A stretch of 64,000 nt of DNA, taken from NCBI GenBank assembly GCA_045540755.1, contig JAZQHV010000026.1, positions 2,179 through 66,178 of the forward strand, written 5' to 3'. Under the pieces are notes generated by a model. That model saw nothing but the letters and a program-made list of their open reading frames with translations. It ran no database searches and was not told the DNA's origin. This DNA comes from Eubacteriales bacterium. GTDB taxonomy: Bacteria > Bacillota > Clostridia > Oscillospirales > CAG-272. The translations under genes and the position numbers were made by a program. Below, one piece after another: positions 9,394-19,563 of the stretch (positions are counted from its first letter, which is position 1; every line of letters starts with the position of its first letter).

Positions 9394-10437
9394 CTATTTT
9401 TCCGTCACGGCACCGTCTGCGGCGACAGTCGCCGTTTCGGAAAGATTGAGGCGCGCAAAGATCTCTTCACGGCGCTCGCCGCTTGCGATGTAGGTGCGGC
9501 TACCGACGTTGATGCAGGGGATCAGCGTAAAGGAGAGCCCACCTTCGGTCAAGGAGATCGAAACCGCGGCACTCTCGCCGTCCGCACTGCCAAACCACAG
9601 ATCGCCGATACTGTAGAAGATCGGGCTACCTGCGTAATACTCTATGCCCTGCAACGTGTGCGAATGCGTACCGATGATCGCCGACGCGCCCGCGCCGATC
9701 ATGGCGTAAGCGGCATCCCGCTGTGCCTCGTCGGGCATTTCTGCGCCTTCGGTACCCCAATGTACGTAAGCGATAATATACTCCGCCTCCGCATCGCGGA
9801 TCCTGCCAAGGCAGGCGGAAAGCTCTGCCGCAGAGGTCAGATCCGCCAGAACGACCGCGACCGTACCGCCCTTCAACTCTGCGGTATAGCTCTCTGCCGT
9901 TGCGGCAACGCCGAGCCCGGTCAGTGCCATACCGCTGTCGGCATGGCTATTGCCGCCGTAATCATCGGCATGGTCGTTTGCAAGCGAAACGAGGTCGGCG
10001 CCGATGCGCGACCAGAACACCGCGTTTGCCGGATCGGAGCGATACGCGCCCTCGCGGTTGGCGGCAGTCGTAAAGACGCAGGCATTACTGCCGACGCAAA
10101 GTTCTGCCGAGCGGAAGATCTCGATCAGGTTGTCCTCGATACAGGACGCGGGACTGCGGACCGCCTCGGATACCAGTGCGTTATACCGTTCGTCCAGATT
10201 GACCTCGCCCGCAAAAACGATTCCCTCCCCTTCGGGCGAAAGGAGCGAAGCATCCCCCGTGGTCTCCACCACCGAAAACACTTCCTTCATCTTTTCCTCC
10301 ACGCGCTCGTCAGCACCCTCTGCCCAGGCAACGGAAACCAGTTTCCAAAGTGCAAAGATCAATGCCAGAAGCAAAAGGAGGCGAAAAATATCCCAAAGCA
10401 AAAGTTTAAAATTAAACTTTTCTCTTTCTTCGTTCAC
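9394..10437 (-). CDS. CapA family (PGA_cap) metallophosphoesterase-like protein
   Basis: N-terminal TM; SLANDHADDYG, YVHWGTE, IIGTHSHTLQGIE, YSIGD. Confidence 0.85.
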   Translation of the reverse strand: MNEEREKFNFKLLLWDIFRLLLLLALIFALWKLVSVAWAEGADERVEEKMKEVFSVVETTGDASLLSPEGEGIVFAGEVNLDERYNALVSEAVRSPASCIEDNLIEIFRSAELCVGSNACVFTTAANREGAYRSDPANAVFWSRIGADLVSLANDHADDYGGNSHADSGMALTGLGVAATAESYTAELKGGTVAVVLADLTSAAELSACLGRIRDAEAEYIIAYVHWGTEGAEMPDEAQRDAAYAMIGAGASAIIGTHSHTLQGIEYYAGSPIFYSIGDLWFGSADGESAAVSISLTEGGLSFTLIPCINVGSRTYIASGERREEIFARLNLSETATVAADGAVTEK

Positions 10438-10449
10438 CTTTGTGTCCTC

Positions 10450-11256
10450 CTATATTGCGATGATGCCCATCATGGTACCGCGTTTTTCGCCCATGCGGCG
10501 GTGTGAATAGAACAGCTCGCCGTTTTGGTAGGTGCATTCGGCAGAAAGGTCGATATGCGCCTCGGAAAGCCCCGCGCGGAGCAGGAGCGTTTTGTTGACC
10601 GCACCGAGTCCGCAAAGGAACTTGCCGGGGGTCGCGGTGGTACGCAGATGGTCAAAGGTGAGATTTTCCTCGCCGACCACGCGCAGGACCGCGCGGGCGA
10701 CCTCCTCACCAACCTCGTAATTCTCCATAGAAATGTGCGGACCGATCGCCGCGCGGATATCCTCCGCGGAGGCGCCGAGATAGCACATCTTTTTTACCGT
10801 TTCGCCGACGATATCGCCGACAGTGCCGCGCCAGCCCGCATGGACCGCCGCGATCACGCCCGCGCCGGGATCGGCAAGCAGGATCGGTACGCAGTCGGCA
10901 ACGCGCACGCCGAGTGCCGTGCCCTTGGAGCAACTCACCAGTGCGTCAGCCTCAAAGGTAGCGGGCGTATAGATGCCGTGACCGCACAGATCGCGGTCTA
11001 CCTCCACGACCTTGGTGGAGTGGATCTGCGGCATGATGACGAGCGTTTCGGGGTCGATGGCGACCGCCTCGCAGAAGCGCTCGATGTTTTTGCGCACGAT
11101 AATGTCCTTATCGCCGCGATAAAAGCCGAGGTTCAAGGACTTTGTGTGCTCGGGCTTGGAAAGCCCGCCAAGGCGGGTGGAAAAGCCGTGGCGCACAGGG
11201 TACATCCCCTCGGAATAAAAATAGGTAACGCCGTTATAGTCTGTGCGTTTTTGCAT
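10450..11256 (-). CDS. pgeF: Peptidoglycan editing factor PgeF (YfiH/YlmD family)
   Basis: HGFSTRLGG, QIHS, ADCVPILL, HAGWRG, IGPHI, FYSHRR. Confidence 0.92.
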   Translation of the reverse strand: MQKRTDYNGVTYFYSEGMYPVRHGFSTRLGGLSKPEHTKSLNLGFYRGDKDIIVRKNIERFCEAVAIDPETLVIMPQIHSTKVVEVDRDLCGHGIYTPATFEADALVSCSKGTALGVRVADCVPILLADPGAGVIAAVHAGWRGTVGDIVGETVKKMCYLGASAEDIRAAIGPHISMENYEVGEEVARAVLRVVGEENLTFDHLRTTATPGKFLCGLGAVNKTLLLRAGLSEAHIDLSAECTYQNGELFYSHRRMGEKRGTMMGIIAI

Positions 11257-11273
11257 GGTAGATCTGTGTTCCT

Positions 11274-12185
11274 TTACAGAGTAAATAATTTGATCATTTT
11301 GACGGCGGTGCCGTCCGCATATTCGCGGATCTCGCCAAGTCCGAAAAAGCCGTCCGCATCCCAGAGCTGCACGCGTGTACCAGTGGAAAAGTGCGTGCCG
11401 ATCTTTTTCTGATAGATCTCACAGCCGTTGCGACAAAGCCTTGCAAAGAAGGGAGCAAGGCGAAGCTGTTCGAGGTCGCCGAACGCCTCGGAGAGCGGCA
11501 ACAGCTTCGCCACGCGCTCCGCATGCGTCATTGCCTCCAGTGCCTCCAGAGTATGCGCCTCGGTGATGTCAAACGTGCCGCTCTGCCAACGGCGAAGCGA
11601 GGTCATCACCGCGCCGCAACCGAGCATCTCGCCGAGATCGGTGATGACCGTGCGGACGTAGGTGCCTTTAGAGACACGTAAAGTCAGCGAATAGCTGTAG
11701 TTCGACAGATGCTTTGCCGCCGCGGTATAGATGGTGATCGGGCGGGCGGCAACCTCCACGGTCTCCCCCGCGCGCTGATAATCCACCAGCTTTTTGCCGT
11801 TCACCTTGATCGCTGAGGTCATCGGCGGTGTCTGCATCCGCTCGCCGACTAAGGATGCGACCGCCTCCAGCACGGCTTCGGGCGGGGGGATGGGTGCGCC
11901 TGTTTTGCGCACCACACCGTCGGTATCGCCCGTGTCCGAGACCTTGCCGAGTACAAAAGTCGCCTCATACGCCTTATCGTGTGCGCTCAGGTACTCGGAC
12001 GCCTTGACCGCTCTGCCGCAAAGAATGGGCAAAACGCCCGTCGCCATTGGGTCGAGCGTGCCGGTATGACCGATCTGCCGCGTATTCATCAATTTACGCA
12101 TCTTGCTGACAACGTCGTGCGAGGTAAAGCCTGCGGGCTTATCCACCACGAGGATGCCGCAAAAATCGGGGGAATTATTCCGCAT
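11274..12185 (-). CDS. truB: tRNA pseudouridine(55) synthase
   Basis: GILVVDKPAGFTSHDVV, GHTGTLDPMATGVL, SKGTYVR; start moved to the ATG at 12185 overlapping the aspS stop. Confidence 0.95.
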   Translation of the reverse strand: MRNNSPDFCGILVVDKPAGFTSHDVVSKMRKLMNTRQIGHTGTLDPMATGVLPILCGRAVKASEYLSAHDKAYEATFVLGKVSDTGDTDGVVRKTGAPIPPPEAVLEAVASLVGERMQTPPMTSAIKVNGKKLVDYQRAGETVEVAARPITIYTAAAKHLSNYSYSLTLRVSKGTYVRTVITDLGEMLGCGAVMTSLRRWQSGTFDITEAHTLEALEAMTHAERVAKLLPLSEAFGDLEQLRLAPFFARLCRNGCEIYQKKIGTHFSTGTRVQLWDADGFFGLGEIREYADGTAVKMIKLFTL

Positions 12186-13971
12186 CTTCGCTCTTGACGA
12201 CGGCGATCGAAAGTTCTTCGAGCGCCTTGGCATCGGCAAGACCGGGAGCCTTGGTCATCAACTCGGACGCATTCTGCACCTTCGGGAACGCGATAACGTC
12301 GCGGATGTCCTCAAGCCCCAGTGCAAGGGTGACCAGACGGTCGAGACCGAATGCCATACCGCCGTGCGGGGGTACACCGAACTTGAACGCCTCGATGAGG
12401 TAGCCGAACTTCTCCTGTACGTCCTCGTCGGAGAGGCTGAGCGCCTTGAACATACGGCTCTGGATCTCAGGATCGTGGATACGGATGGAACCGCCGCCGA
12501 GCTCGGTGCCGTTGAGCACGATGTCGTACGCGATCGCACGGCAATTTCCGGGATCGGTCTCCAGCTTATCGAGGTCCTCGGGATTGGGCATGGTGAAGGG
12601 GTGATGCTTTGCGCAGTAGCGGTCCTCCTCCTCGGAGTACTCAAACAGCGGGAAATCGGTGACCCACATGAACTTGAAGTCCATGGGATCAAGCAGGTTC
12701 AACTTCTTCGCGCAGTGTACGCGGAGTGCACCGAGCGAGTCGAACACAACGCTGTCCTTGTCGGCACAGACGAGGATCAGGTCGCCGTCGCACAGCTCCA
12801 TGCGCTCTGCGATCGCCGCATTCTCCTCGGGAGTGAGGAACTTTGCAAACGAGGAGGAGACCTCACCGTTTACCATCTTCGTCCATGCAAGACCCTTTGC
12901 ACGGTAAGACTTCACGAACTCAACGAGTGCGTCGATCTCCTTGCGGGAGAATGCCGCGCCGCCCTTGACGTTGATCGCGCGGACACTGCCGCCGCCCTGT
13001 ACCGCACCGGCAAACACCTTGAACTCGGTATTCGCTACGATATCGGACAGGTTCTTCAGTTCAAAGCCGAAGCGCAGGTCGGGCTTATCCGAGCCGAAAC
13101 GCTCCATTGCTTCCTTATATTCCATACGCAGGAAAGGGGTCTCAAGGTCGATGCCGTGGAATTCCTTCCACAGCTTCTTGAGGAAGCCCTCGGTCACGCC
13201 TATAACGTCGTCCTGCTTTACGAAGGACATCTCCACGTCGATCTGCGTAAACTCAGGCTGACGGTCTGCACGCAGGTCCTCGTCGCGGAAGCAACGTGCG
13301 ATCTGGAAATAGCGGTCAAAGCCCGAGACCATCAGAAGCTGCTTGTAAAGCTGGGGCGACTGGGGCAGTGCGTAAAATCTGCCGGGATGTACGCGGCTGG
13401 GTACGAGGTAGTCGCGTGCACCCTCGGGCGAGGGCTTGATAAGGTTCGGCGTTTCGATGTCGATAAAGCCGTTGTCTGCATAGTAGTTGCGCGCAATATT
13501 GGTGATCTTCGAGCGCGCAAGAATATTCTTCTGAATATCAGGGCGACGCAGATCAAGATAGCGGTAGGTGAGACGCAGTTCGGGACGGACGTTGCTGTTC
13601 TCCTCGATCGCGAAGGGAGGCGTCTGCGCCGCGGAAAGCACGCGCAGCTCGGTGACGAACACCTCGATCTCACCGGTGGGGATATTCTTATTGACTGCAC
13701 CCTCGCCGCGTGCGCGGACAACGCCCTTTGCGAGCAGTACAAACTCACTTCTGACCGTAAAAGCGGTGTCAAATACCGCGCGGTCGGTCTTTTCGTCAAA
13801 TGCCAGCTGCAGGATGCCGCTACGGTCGCGCAGATCAATAAAGATCAGCGAACCGAGGTCTCTCTGGCGCTGTGCCCAACCCATCACGCAGACTTCTCTG
13901 CCGATGTCCTTGGCGGAAAACTCGCCGCAACGGGCGGTACGGTTGTCATTAGGATTCAAAAGCTGTGCCAT
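12175..13971 (-). CDS. aspS: Aspartate--tRNA ligase
   Basis: RDLGSLIFIDLRD, GARDYLVPSR, CFRDEDLRADRQPEFTQ, HGGMAFGLDR. Confidence 0.97.
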   Translation of the reverse strand: MAQLLNPNDNRTARCGEFSAKDIGREVCVMGWAQRQRDLGSLIFIDLRDRSGILQLAFDEKTDRAVFDTAFTVRSEFVLLAKGVVRARGEGAVNKNIPTGEIEVFVTELRVLSAAQTPPFAIEENSNVRPELRLTYRYLDLRRPDIQKNILARSKITNIARNYYADNGFIDIETPNLIKPSPEGARDYLVPSRVHPGRFYALPQSPQLYKQLLMVSGFDRYFQIARCFRDEDLRADRQPEFTQIDVEMSFVKQDDVIGVTEGFLKKLWKEFHGIDLETPFLRMEYKEAMERFGSDKPDLRFGFELKNLSDIVANTEFKVFAGAVQGGGSVRAINVKGGAAFSRKEIDALVEFVKSYRAKGLAWTKMVNGEVSSSFAKFLTPEENAAIAERMELCDGDLILVCADKDSVVFDSLGALRVHCAKKLNLLDPMDFKFMWVTDFPLFEYSEEEDRYCAKHHPFTMPNPEDLDKLETDPGNCRAIAYDIVLNGTELGGGSIRIHDPEIQSRMFKALSLSDEDVQEKFGYLIEAFKFGVPPHGGMAFGLDRLVTLALGLEDIRDVIAFPKVQNASELMTKAPGLADAKALEELSIAVVKSEDAE

Positions 13972-14001
13972 GTCTGTAACTCCTTATATATCCTGATTTT
14001 T

Positions 14002-15399
14002 TTAATCTTTTATAAGTCGCTTTTCGAGAATGGACAGTGCCTTCTCGTAAAGTGTTTTCCGATTGTAATAGTCCATTGTAAGACGGTCGTTTCCCGAAAG
14101 CACCGTCTCGGCAACAAGCGTCTCGATCTCGCCGTAGCCAAGCAGTCCCGCAAGGTCGCAGACCGTGCTTTCGCTGATCAGCGTGAGTACACTGCGCGTA
14201 TCCGGATCATCCCCTGCGATACGCTCGGCAAAATAGGGCTCGACGTAGCCCGCGGAGAGAAACGCCATGCGGTAGATCAGGTATTCCACCTTTTCCGCAT
14301 CGGAGTCGTCCCGTGGCAGAGCAAGCATCGCCGCGCCGCGCGGATCAATATAGGCGCGGTAGTCTGCGTCCTCCGACGGCTTCGGTAGCGGCAGGATGCC
14401 GACGTCAATACCGCTCTCGCGCAAAGTCGCCGCCTCGGCAAGCGTTGCCACGGTAAACAGGGTCGCCCCTTCGGCAAAGGCATCCGGATTTTCCACAGAG
14501 GAAGCATCCTCGGTGAGCGGCATCAGTGTCGCAAGTCCGTTTTTCAGCACGGGAAGCGAAACGATCTCCCCCTCACAAAAGCTGCCGCCTGCGGCAACGT
14601 AGAGTGGGAAGATATCCTCCTCACCGAAGCTGAAGCCGTGAAAGACCTCCTCCTCAGCAAGGGAGACCGAAAGCTCAGGCAAGGCGTTTCCCGCAAGAAG
14701 CGCCGTGCTCTCGGCGCGCTCGGCACCGCGGCTCGCCACAAGAAACTGCTCAAAGGTCCATTCGCCGTCCAGCGCCACCGCCGTCAGCGTCCGCTCATGC
14801 TCCTCGGTGCGGGAGCGCTCGTACAACGTGCGATCGTAGAGAAGCACCGCCGTATTCTGCCGCGCATCCGCCACGGTGGAGGAGATCAGGTACTGCCCGC
14901 CGTACAGGGACAGGCTTTCCATGACCGTGCCGTCAAACCATGCGTCCGCGGTACGGATATACTGACTGCCCGACACGTCGCGCAGAAGACCTGCGCTGAG
15001 CAGTGGCGAAAGCCCCTCAGCGGCATCTGCCGCATAGAGCGAATACTCGTTCATGCCCGAAAGAGAGTTTGTCCATGCCGCGTCGTAGACCGACGGCACA
15101 AGAATTCGCGTGATGTACGCGCCCGTCTCCGCAGTCAGATGCGCATTGCGCTTTTCCACACGCTCGGAAAGCGCGATCGGCGCCCCCTCGTCGGTGACAA
15201 AGAAGTCGGAGGCATCGGTATCGCACAAAATGGAGAGGACAAAGCCCTCGGTATCGGGTCGGATGATCCGAGCAGGCTCGGCGATCGCCAGTGCCGCACG
15301 CTCCTCGTGCTGTTCCGTGGTCTCCACGTCCTCGCCGATGGCAAAGCCACCGAAAACTGCCGATGCAAGCGCGACCACGACAAGCACCGCCACGACCAA
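14002..15399 (-). CDS. Divergent solute-binding-protein-like exported protein
   Basis: Remnants of SBP motifs (KRN, WFD, DGEWT, DVGILPLPK, PYF) but no lipobox Cys; start may be ATC at 15420. Confidence 0.6.
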   Translation of the reverse strand: MVVAVLVVVALASAVFGGFAIGEDVETTEQHEERAALAIAEPARIIRPDTEGFVLSILCDTDASDFFVTDEGAPIALSERVEKRNAHLTAETGAYITRILVPSVYDAAWTNSLSGMNEYSLYAADAAEGLSPLLSAGLLRDVSGSQYIRTADAWFDGTVMESLSLYGGQYLISSTVADARQNTAVLLYDRTLYERSRTEEHERTLTAVALDGEWTFEQFLVASRGAERAESTALLAGNALPELSVSLAEEEVFHGFSFGEEDIFPLYVAAGGSFCEGEIVSLPVLKNGLATLMPLTEDASSVENPDAFAEGATLFTVATLAEAATLRESGIDVGILPLPKPSEDADYRAYIDPRGAAMLALPRDDSDAEKVEYLIYRMAFLSAGYVEPYFAERIAGDDPDTRSVLTLISESTVCDLAGLLGYGEIETLVAETVLSGNDRLTMDYYNRKTLYEKALSILEKRLIKD

Positions 15400-15454
15400 C
15401 GTTTGTAACCGTCTGTTGATATCGATCCCTCCTTTCCGAAAATGTGGGTGTTTG

Positions 15455-16621
15455 TCAGATCGCTACTCTTTTTACGCGCTTGCTGACGAGGCAGATCGCC
15501 TCATAGGGGATGGTGTCCGCGGCGGCACACAGACGTGCCATGTTCTCGCCGTCGGCATCGAATATGTAGACGTAGTCGCCAACGGCGATGTCCACGTCGG
15601 TAACGTCCACCATGCACTGGTCCATGCAGACGCGCCCAAGCAGGCGCACCGCCTTGCCGTTTGCCACGACCGTACCGCCGTGCTTGTAAGCACGGAGAAA
15701 GCCGTCGGCATAGCCGATCGGAATCGTCGCCACCGTCATCTCACGGTCGGCGCAGAATTCCGCGCCGTAGCTGACGCAATCCCCCGCGTGCAGGGTGTGG
15801 ATGTGCGCGATACGGCTCTTGAGCCGCATCACGGGGCGCAGATTCGGGTCGCACGCCGCGCCCGACGGCGATAGACCGTAGAGCACGATGCCCAGCCGCA
15901 CGAGATCCTGATACAAATGCGGATAACGGAGCGCACCCGCGCTGTTGCAGATATGCTTTTTCGGGAAGATCACGCCTGCCGCCTCACATGCCCGTACGAC
16001 CGCGTCGTAGCGGTCAAACTGTGCCGCAGTCATGCGGTCGTCCTCTTCATCCGCGCAAGCGAGATGCGAAAAGATGCCGTCGATACGAATGCCGGGGAGC
16101 GCCGCCACCGCGGCGATCTCCGCCGTCGTTTTGGCAACGCGCTCGGGATGGGTGTCCCAGCCGAGACGGTTCATGCCGCTGTCCAGCTTCAGGTGACAGC
16201 GGAGACAGTCGGTCTCGCCGAGCACGCCGCGCGTCCGCAGATCGCAAAGTGTCTCGGAAAGAGCCCTTGCATATTCAAGCGAATAGACCGCCTGGGTGAT
16301 CTTATGTCTTGCAAGTAACTTAACGTTGTCCTGCTCCGCAGGTGTGTAGCCGAGAATGAGAATGCTGTCCGCCACGCGGTTGTCGGCATCAAGAATGTCG
16401 TAGATCTGCTCTGCCTCCTCAATGCTGGAGACGGCAAAATGTCTCGCACCCGCCGCGTACAGCGCGGGCACGCAGATCCCCGCCGAATGCCCGTAAGCAT
16501 CCGCCTTGACCACACACATCGGCTCGGTCGTGGGGGATGCGGCACGGATCCTGCCTTGCAGATAGGTGAAATTATGTTGCAACGCCGCAACGTCGATCTC
16601 TGCAATATTCTTTTCGTTCAC
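15455..16621 (-). CDS. alr: Alanine racemase
   Basis: VVKADAYGH, HLKLDSGMNRLG, VSYG, IGYADG, GRVCMDQ. Confidence 0.96.
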   Translation of the reverse strand: MNEKNIAEIDVAALQHNFTYLQGRIRAASPTTEPMCVVKADAYGHSAGICVPALYAAGARHFAVSSIEEAEQIYDILDADNRVADSILILGYTPAEQDNVKLLARHKITQAVYSLEYARALSETLCDLRTRGVLGETDCLRCHLKLDSGMNRLGWDTHPERVAKTTAEIAAVAALPGIRIDGIFSHLACADEEDDRMTAAQFDRYDAVVRACEAAGVIFPKKHICNSAGALRYPHLYQDLVRLGIVLYGLSPSGAACDPNLRPVMRLKSRIAHIHTLHAGDCVSYGAEFCADREMTVATIPIGYADGFLRAYKHGGTVVANGKAVRLLGRVCMDQCMVDVTDVDIAVGDYVYIFDADGENMARLCAAADTIPYEAICLVSKRVKRVAI

Positions 16622-17079
16622 TCTGTATCCCCTCTTTCAAATCGGATAAACCGCATGCGGTATCTGCCGCTTTCGAGCGAAAGCGGGAGCCCCGTGCTAT
16701 CGGTGACGAGCGTGTAGTCCTCGCCCGTAAGGCGATACCCGTCCCCGTCAGCCGTACAGGTCAGCGGCATCGGCCGCAGTACGGCGGTAAAATCAAACAG
16801 CTTGTCGCCCGCAAGGGGCGTAAAGGTCACGTCGCCCACCGTCAGCGTCACGCCCTCTCCCGTACGCATGGCGGTCAGCCCCAAGAGCGTTTCGGGCGCG
16901 GAAAGCGTAAAGCATTCGGTCTCACCGCGCCTTGTATATTCGGCGCAGTACCCGGTCTCGCCGAGCGTAAAGGCGACCTCGCAGGTAAAGTCCCCGACAA
17001 AGGGGTTCTCCACCCGCGGCGTACATGCCGCAAGCGGCAGGCACAAAAGCAATAGCAAAAGCAGTTTTTTCACCGTCAT
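16618..17079 (-). CDS. Hypothetical lipoprotein
   Basis: KKLLLLLLLCLPLAAC lipobox; coupled to the alr start; start ATG 17079 or GTG 17073. Confidence 0.65.
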   Translation of the reverse strand: MTVKKLLLLLLLCLPLAACTPRVENPFVGDFTCEVAFTLGETGYCAEYTRRGETECFTLSAPETLLGLTAMRTGEGVTLTVGDVTFTPLAGDKLFDFTAVLRPMPLTCTADGDGYRLTGEDYTLVTDSTGLPLSLESGRYRMRFIRFERGDTE

Positions 17080-17120
17080 CACCTCGTAACAAGGTATGCG
17101 GCGCAAGCGCGGAAAATGTT

Positions 17121-17660
17121 TTACTCCGGCAGGTCGTCCGAAAGCACGGTGACCGACGGTACCTGATAGCGGATATTGCCGACGATACGCTTGTTCGCAT
17201 CAAAGAGTACGGCGTGTACGCCGTTCTCGGTCTCGTAGACTGCAACGTACGCATTCGGCGTATCCTTTGCCGAACGCAGATCGGTGATCTTTGACGGTGC
17301 AAAGCCGCCCTCGATGCGCCCGTTCTTGTACGGCGCGACCAGACGCGCGCTCTTTTTCAGATCCACCGAAAGAAGCTCGCGACGGTACTGCTTGGAGTAG
17401 ACGGCGGCAAAATCGAGGATCGCCCCCGTCTGGCTGTATTCGTATTCAATAAAGGTATAGCGCGAAAGGTACCAGACGAGCGCACCGAGCGCCGCAAGCG
17501 CGATCAGCCCGAAAGAGACCTCGTAGGGCATCAGCCACAAAAAAACGGCGATCACCGCCACCGTTGCCAGCACAACGGCGAGGATGATTTTCGCAAGATA
17601 AGCGCCTTCTTTTTTCTTTTCGACCGCGTATTCGCAGAAATCGTGCTCGTACATTTGCAC
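17121..17660 (-). CDS. Conserved hypothetical membrane protein (DUF6106-like)
   Basis: EYAVEKK, two TM helices, IEYEYS. Confidence 0.65.
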   Translation of the reverse strand: MQMYEHDFCEYAVEKKKEGAYLAKIILAVVLATVAVIAVFLWLMPYEVSFGLIALAALGALVWYLSRYTFIEYEYSQTGAILDFAAVYSKQYRRELLSVDLKKSARLVAPYKNGRIEGGFAPSKITDLRSAKDTPNAYVAVYETENGVHAVLFDANKRIVGNIRYQVPSVTVLSDDLPE

Positions 17661-17694
17661 ACCATCCTTGATTTACATACTTTTTCAATTTATC

Positions 17695-17723
17695 ATTATA
17701 GCACCAAACCGCCATGATTTCAA
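17695..17723 (-). promoter_or_regulatory. Sigma-A promoter (extended -10)
   Basis: TTGAAA-17bp-(TGc)TATAAT. Confidence 0.75.
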
Positions 17724-17742
17724 TATTTTTACCGATTTCTTA

Positions 17743-17771
17743 TTGAATAATATTTTTATTTATAGTATGAT
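17743..17771 (+). promoter_or_regulatory. Sigma-A promoter of ACT/UPF0210 genes
   Basis: TTGAAT-17bp-TATGAT in AT-rich divergent spacer. Confidence 0.65.
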
Positions 17772-17807
17772 AAGGTGTAACAATATTATTTTCAGGAGCA
17801 AGATACC

Positions 17808-18077
17808 ATGAAAGCAGTTATCACCGTTATCGGCAAGGACCAGGTCGGCATTATCGCCTCGGTCAGCGCAAAATGCGCAGAATACAGTGCAAACATTACC
17901 GAGATCACCCAAAGCGTTCTCGACAAATACTTTGCCATGATCATGATCGCGGACATCGACGGGCTCACCGCCGATTTTGCCGCTTTTTCGGACGCACTCG
18001 CCGATCTCGGCAAGGAGACAGGCCTTGAGATCCGTTGCATGCACGAGGACATCTTCGATGCCATGCATAAAATCTAA
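17808..18077 (+). CDS. ACT domain protein (UPF0237)
   Basis: MKAVITVIGKDQVGII...EDIFDAMHKI; usual partner of UPF0210. Confidence 0.93.
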   Translation: MKAVITVIGKDQVGIIASVSAKCAEYSANITEITQSVLDKYFAMIMIADIDGLTADFAAFSDALADLGKETGLEIRCMHEDIFDAMHKI

Positions 18078-18201
18078 AACGCCAAAGCGTTTTAGATTTA
18101 TTCCGGCTCTGCCTTTTGCGGCTGAACGCCGCAAATTTTGGTAAAACCGGCAGATCCGCCGCTGCGGATCTCACCTAAATAACACATAAGGATTTATAAA
18201 A

Positions 18202-19560
18202 ATGATCAATACCCAGGATATCTTAGAAACCATCAACATGATCCGCGAAGAGAACCTCGACGTGCGTACGGTCACCATGGGCGTTTCGCTCTACGACTGT
18301 GTCAGCGACGACGTCGATCGCCTCTGCGACAATATCTACGACAAGCTGATGCGGAGTGCATCCCGCCTTGTCCCCACCGCGGAGGAGATCGAAAAGCTCT
18401 ACGGCATCCCGATCGTCAACAAGCGCGTTTCTGTCACCCCCGTCTCCTACGTCGGCGGCAAAGCAGGTCCCGACGGCTACGTCAAGATCGCCAAAACGCT
18501 TGACCGCGCCGCACACGACCTCGGCATCAACTTTATCGGCGGATACTCCGCGCTCGTGCAGAAAGGCATGACCCGCGGTGCCGACGCCCTCATCGAATCC
18601 ATCCCCGAGGCGCTTGCCGAAACGCAGATGGTCTGCTCCTCGGTCAACGTCGGCTCCACCAAGGCAGGCATCAACATGGATGCCGTTGCCCGCATGGGCA
18701 GGACCGTGAAAAAGGCGGCAGAGCTTACCGCCGACCGCGACGCGATCGGATGTGCAAAATTGGTCGTCTTTGCAAACGCAGTCGACGACAACCCCTTTAT
18801 GGCAGGCGCATTCCACGGCACGGGGGAGAGCGACTGCGTGATCAACGTCGGCGTCAGCGGCCCCGGCGTTGTCGAAAAAGCCATCCGCCGCGCAGGTGAT
18901 TGCGACTTCTCTGCCCTCGCGGACGTCATCAAGAAGACCGCGTTCAAGATCACGCGCGTTGGTCAGCTCGTTGCCTTTGAGGCATCAAAACGCCTCGGCG
19001 TCCCCTACGGCATCGTGGACCTCTCCCTTGCCCCCACGCCCGCGATCGGCGACAGCGTTGCCTGCATCCTCGAATCCATGGGTCTTGAGGTCTGCGGCGG
19101 CCCCGGCACGACTGCGGCACTCGCCATGCTCAACGACGCCGTCAAAAAGGGCGGTGTCATGGCATCCAGCCATGTCGGCGGACTTTCGGGCGCGTTCATC
19201 CCCGTCAGTGAGGACGCAGGCATGATCGCCGCGGCGGAGAGTGGCGTGCTCACCCTCGAAAAACTCGAAGCCATGACCGCCGTTTGCTCGGTCGGTCTTG
19301 ATATGATCTGCATCCCCGGCGACACGAGTGCCGAGACCATCAGCGGCATCATCGCCGACGAGATCGCCATCGGCATGGTCAACAACAAGACCACCGCCGT
19401 GCGCGTGATCCCCGCGCCCGGCAAGGGCATCGGCGACACCGTCGAATTCGGCGGCCTGCTCGGCTACGCACCCGTGATGCGCGTCAATCCCGTTTCCTGC
19501 GAGAAGTTCATCGCGCGCGGCGGCAGAATCCCCGCACCGATCCACTCTCTCAAGAACTAA
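18202..19560 (+). CDS. UPF0210/DUF711 (PFL-like family) protein
   Basis: [49 protein letters not shown]. Confidence 0.95.
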   Translation: MINTQDILETINMIREENLDVRTVTMGVSLYDCVSDDVDRLCDNIYDKLMRSASRLVPTAEEIEKLYGIPIVNKRVSVTPVSYVGGKAGPDGYVKIAKTLDRAAHDLGINFIGGYSALVQKGMTRGADALIESIPEALAETQMVCSSVNVGSTKAGINMDAVARMGRTVKKAAELTADRDAIGCAKLVVFANAVDDNPFMAGAFHGTGESDCVINVGVSGPGVVEKAIRRAGDCDFSALADVIKKTAFKITRVGQLVAFEASKRLGVPYGIVDLSLAPTPAIGDSVACILESMGLEVCGGPGTTAALAMLNDAVKKGGVMASSHVGGLSGAFIPVSEDAGMIAAAESGVLTLEKLEAMTAVCSVGLDMICIPGDTSAETISGIIADEIAIGMVNNKTTAVRVIPAPGKGIGDTVEFGGLLGYAPVMRVNPVSCEKFIARGGRIPAPIHSLKN

Positions 19561-19563
19561 CCG

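Noticed and set aside
13972-14001. T-box leader upstream of aspS
   Set aside because: Only about 30 bp of intergenic space; no T-box motif.
18071-18200. Riboswitch between ACT and UPF0210 genes
   Set aside because: Two hairpins are present (AATCTAAAACGC/GCGTTTTAGATT, AGATCCGC/GCGGATCT) but match no aptamer consensus I recognise.
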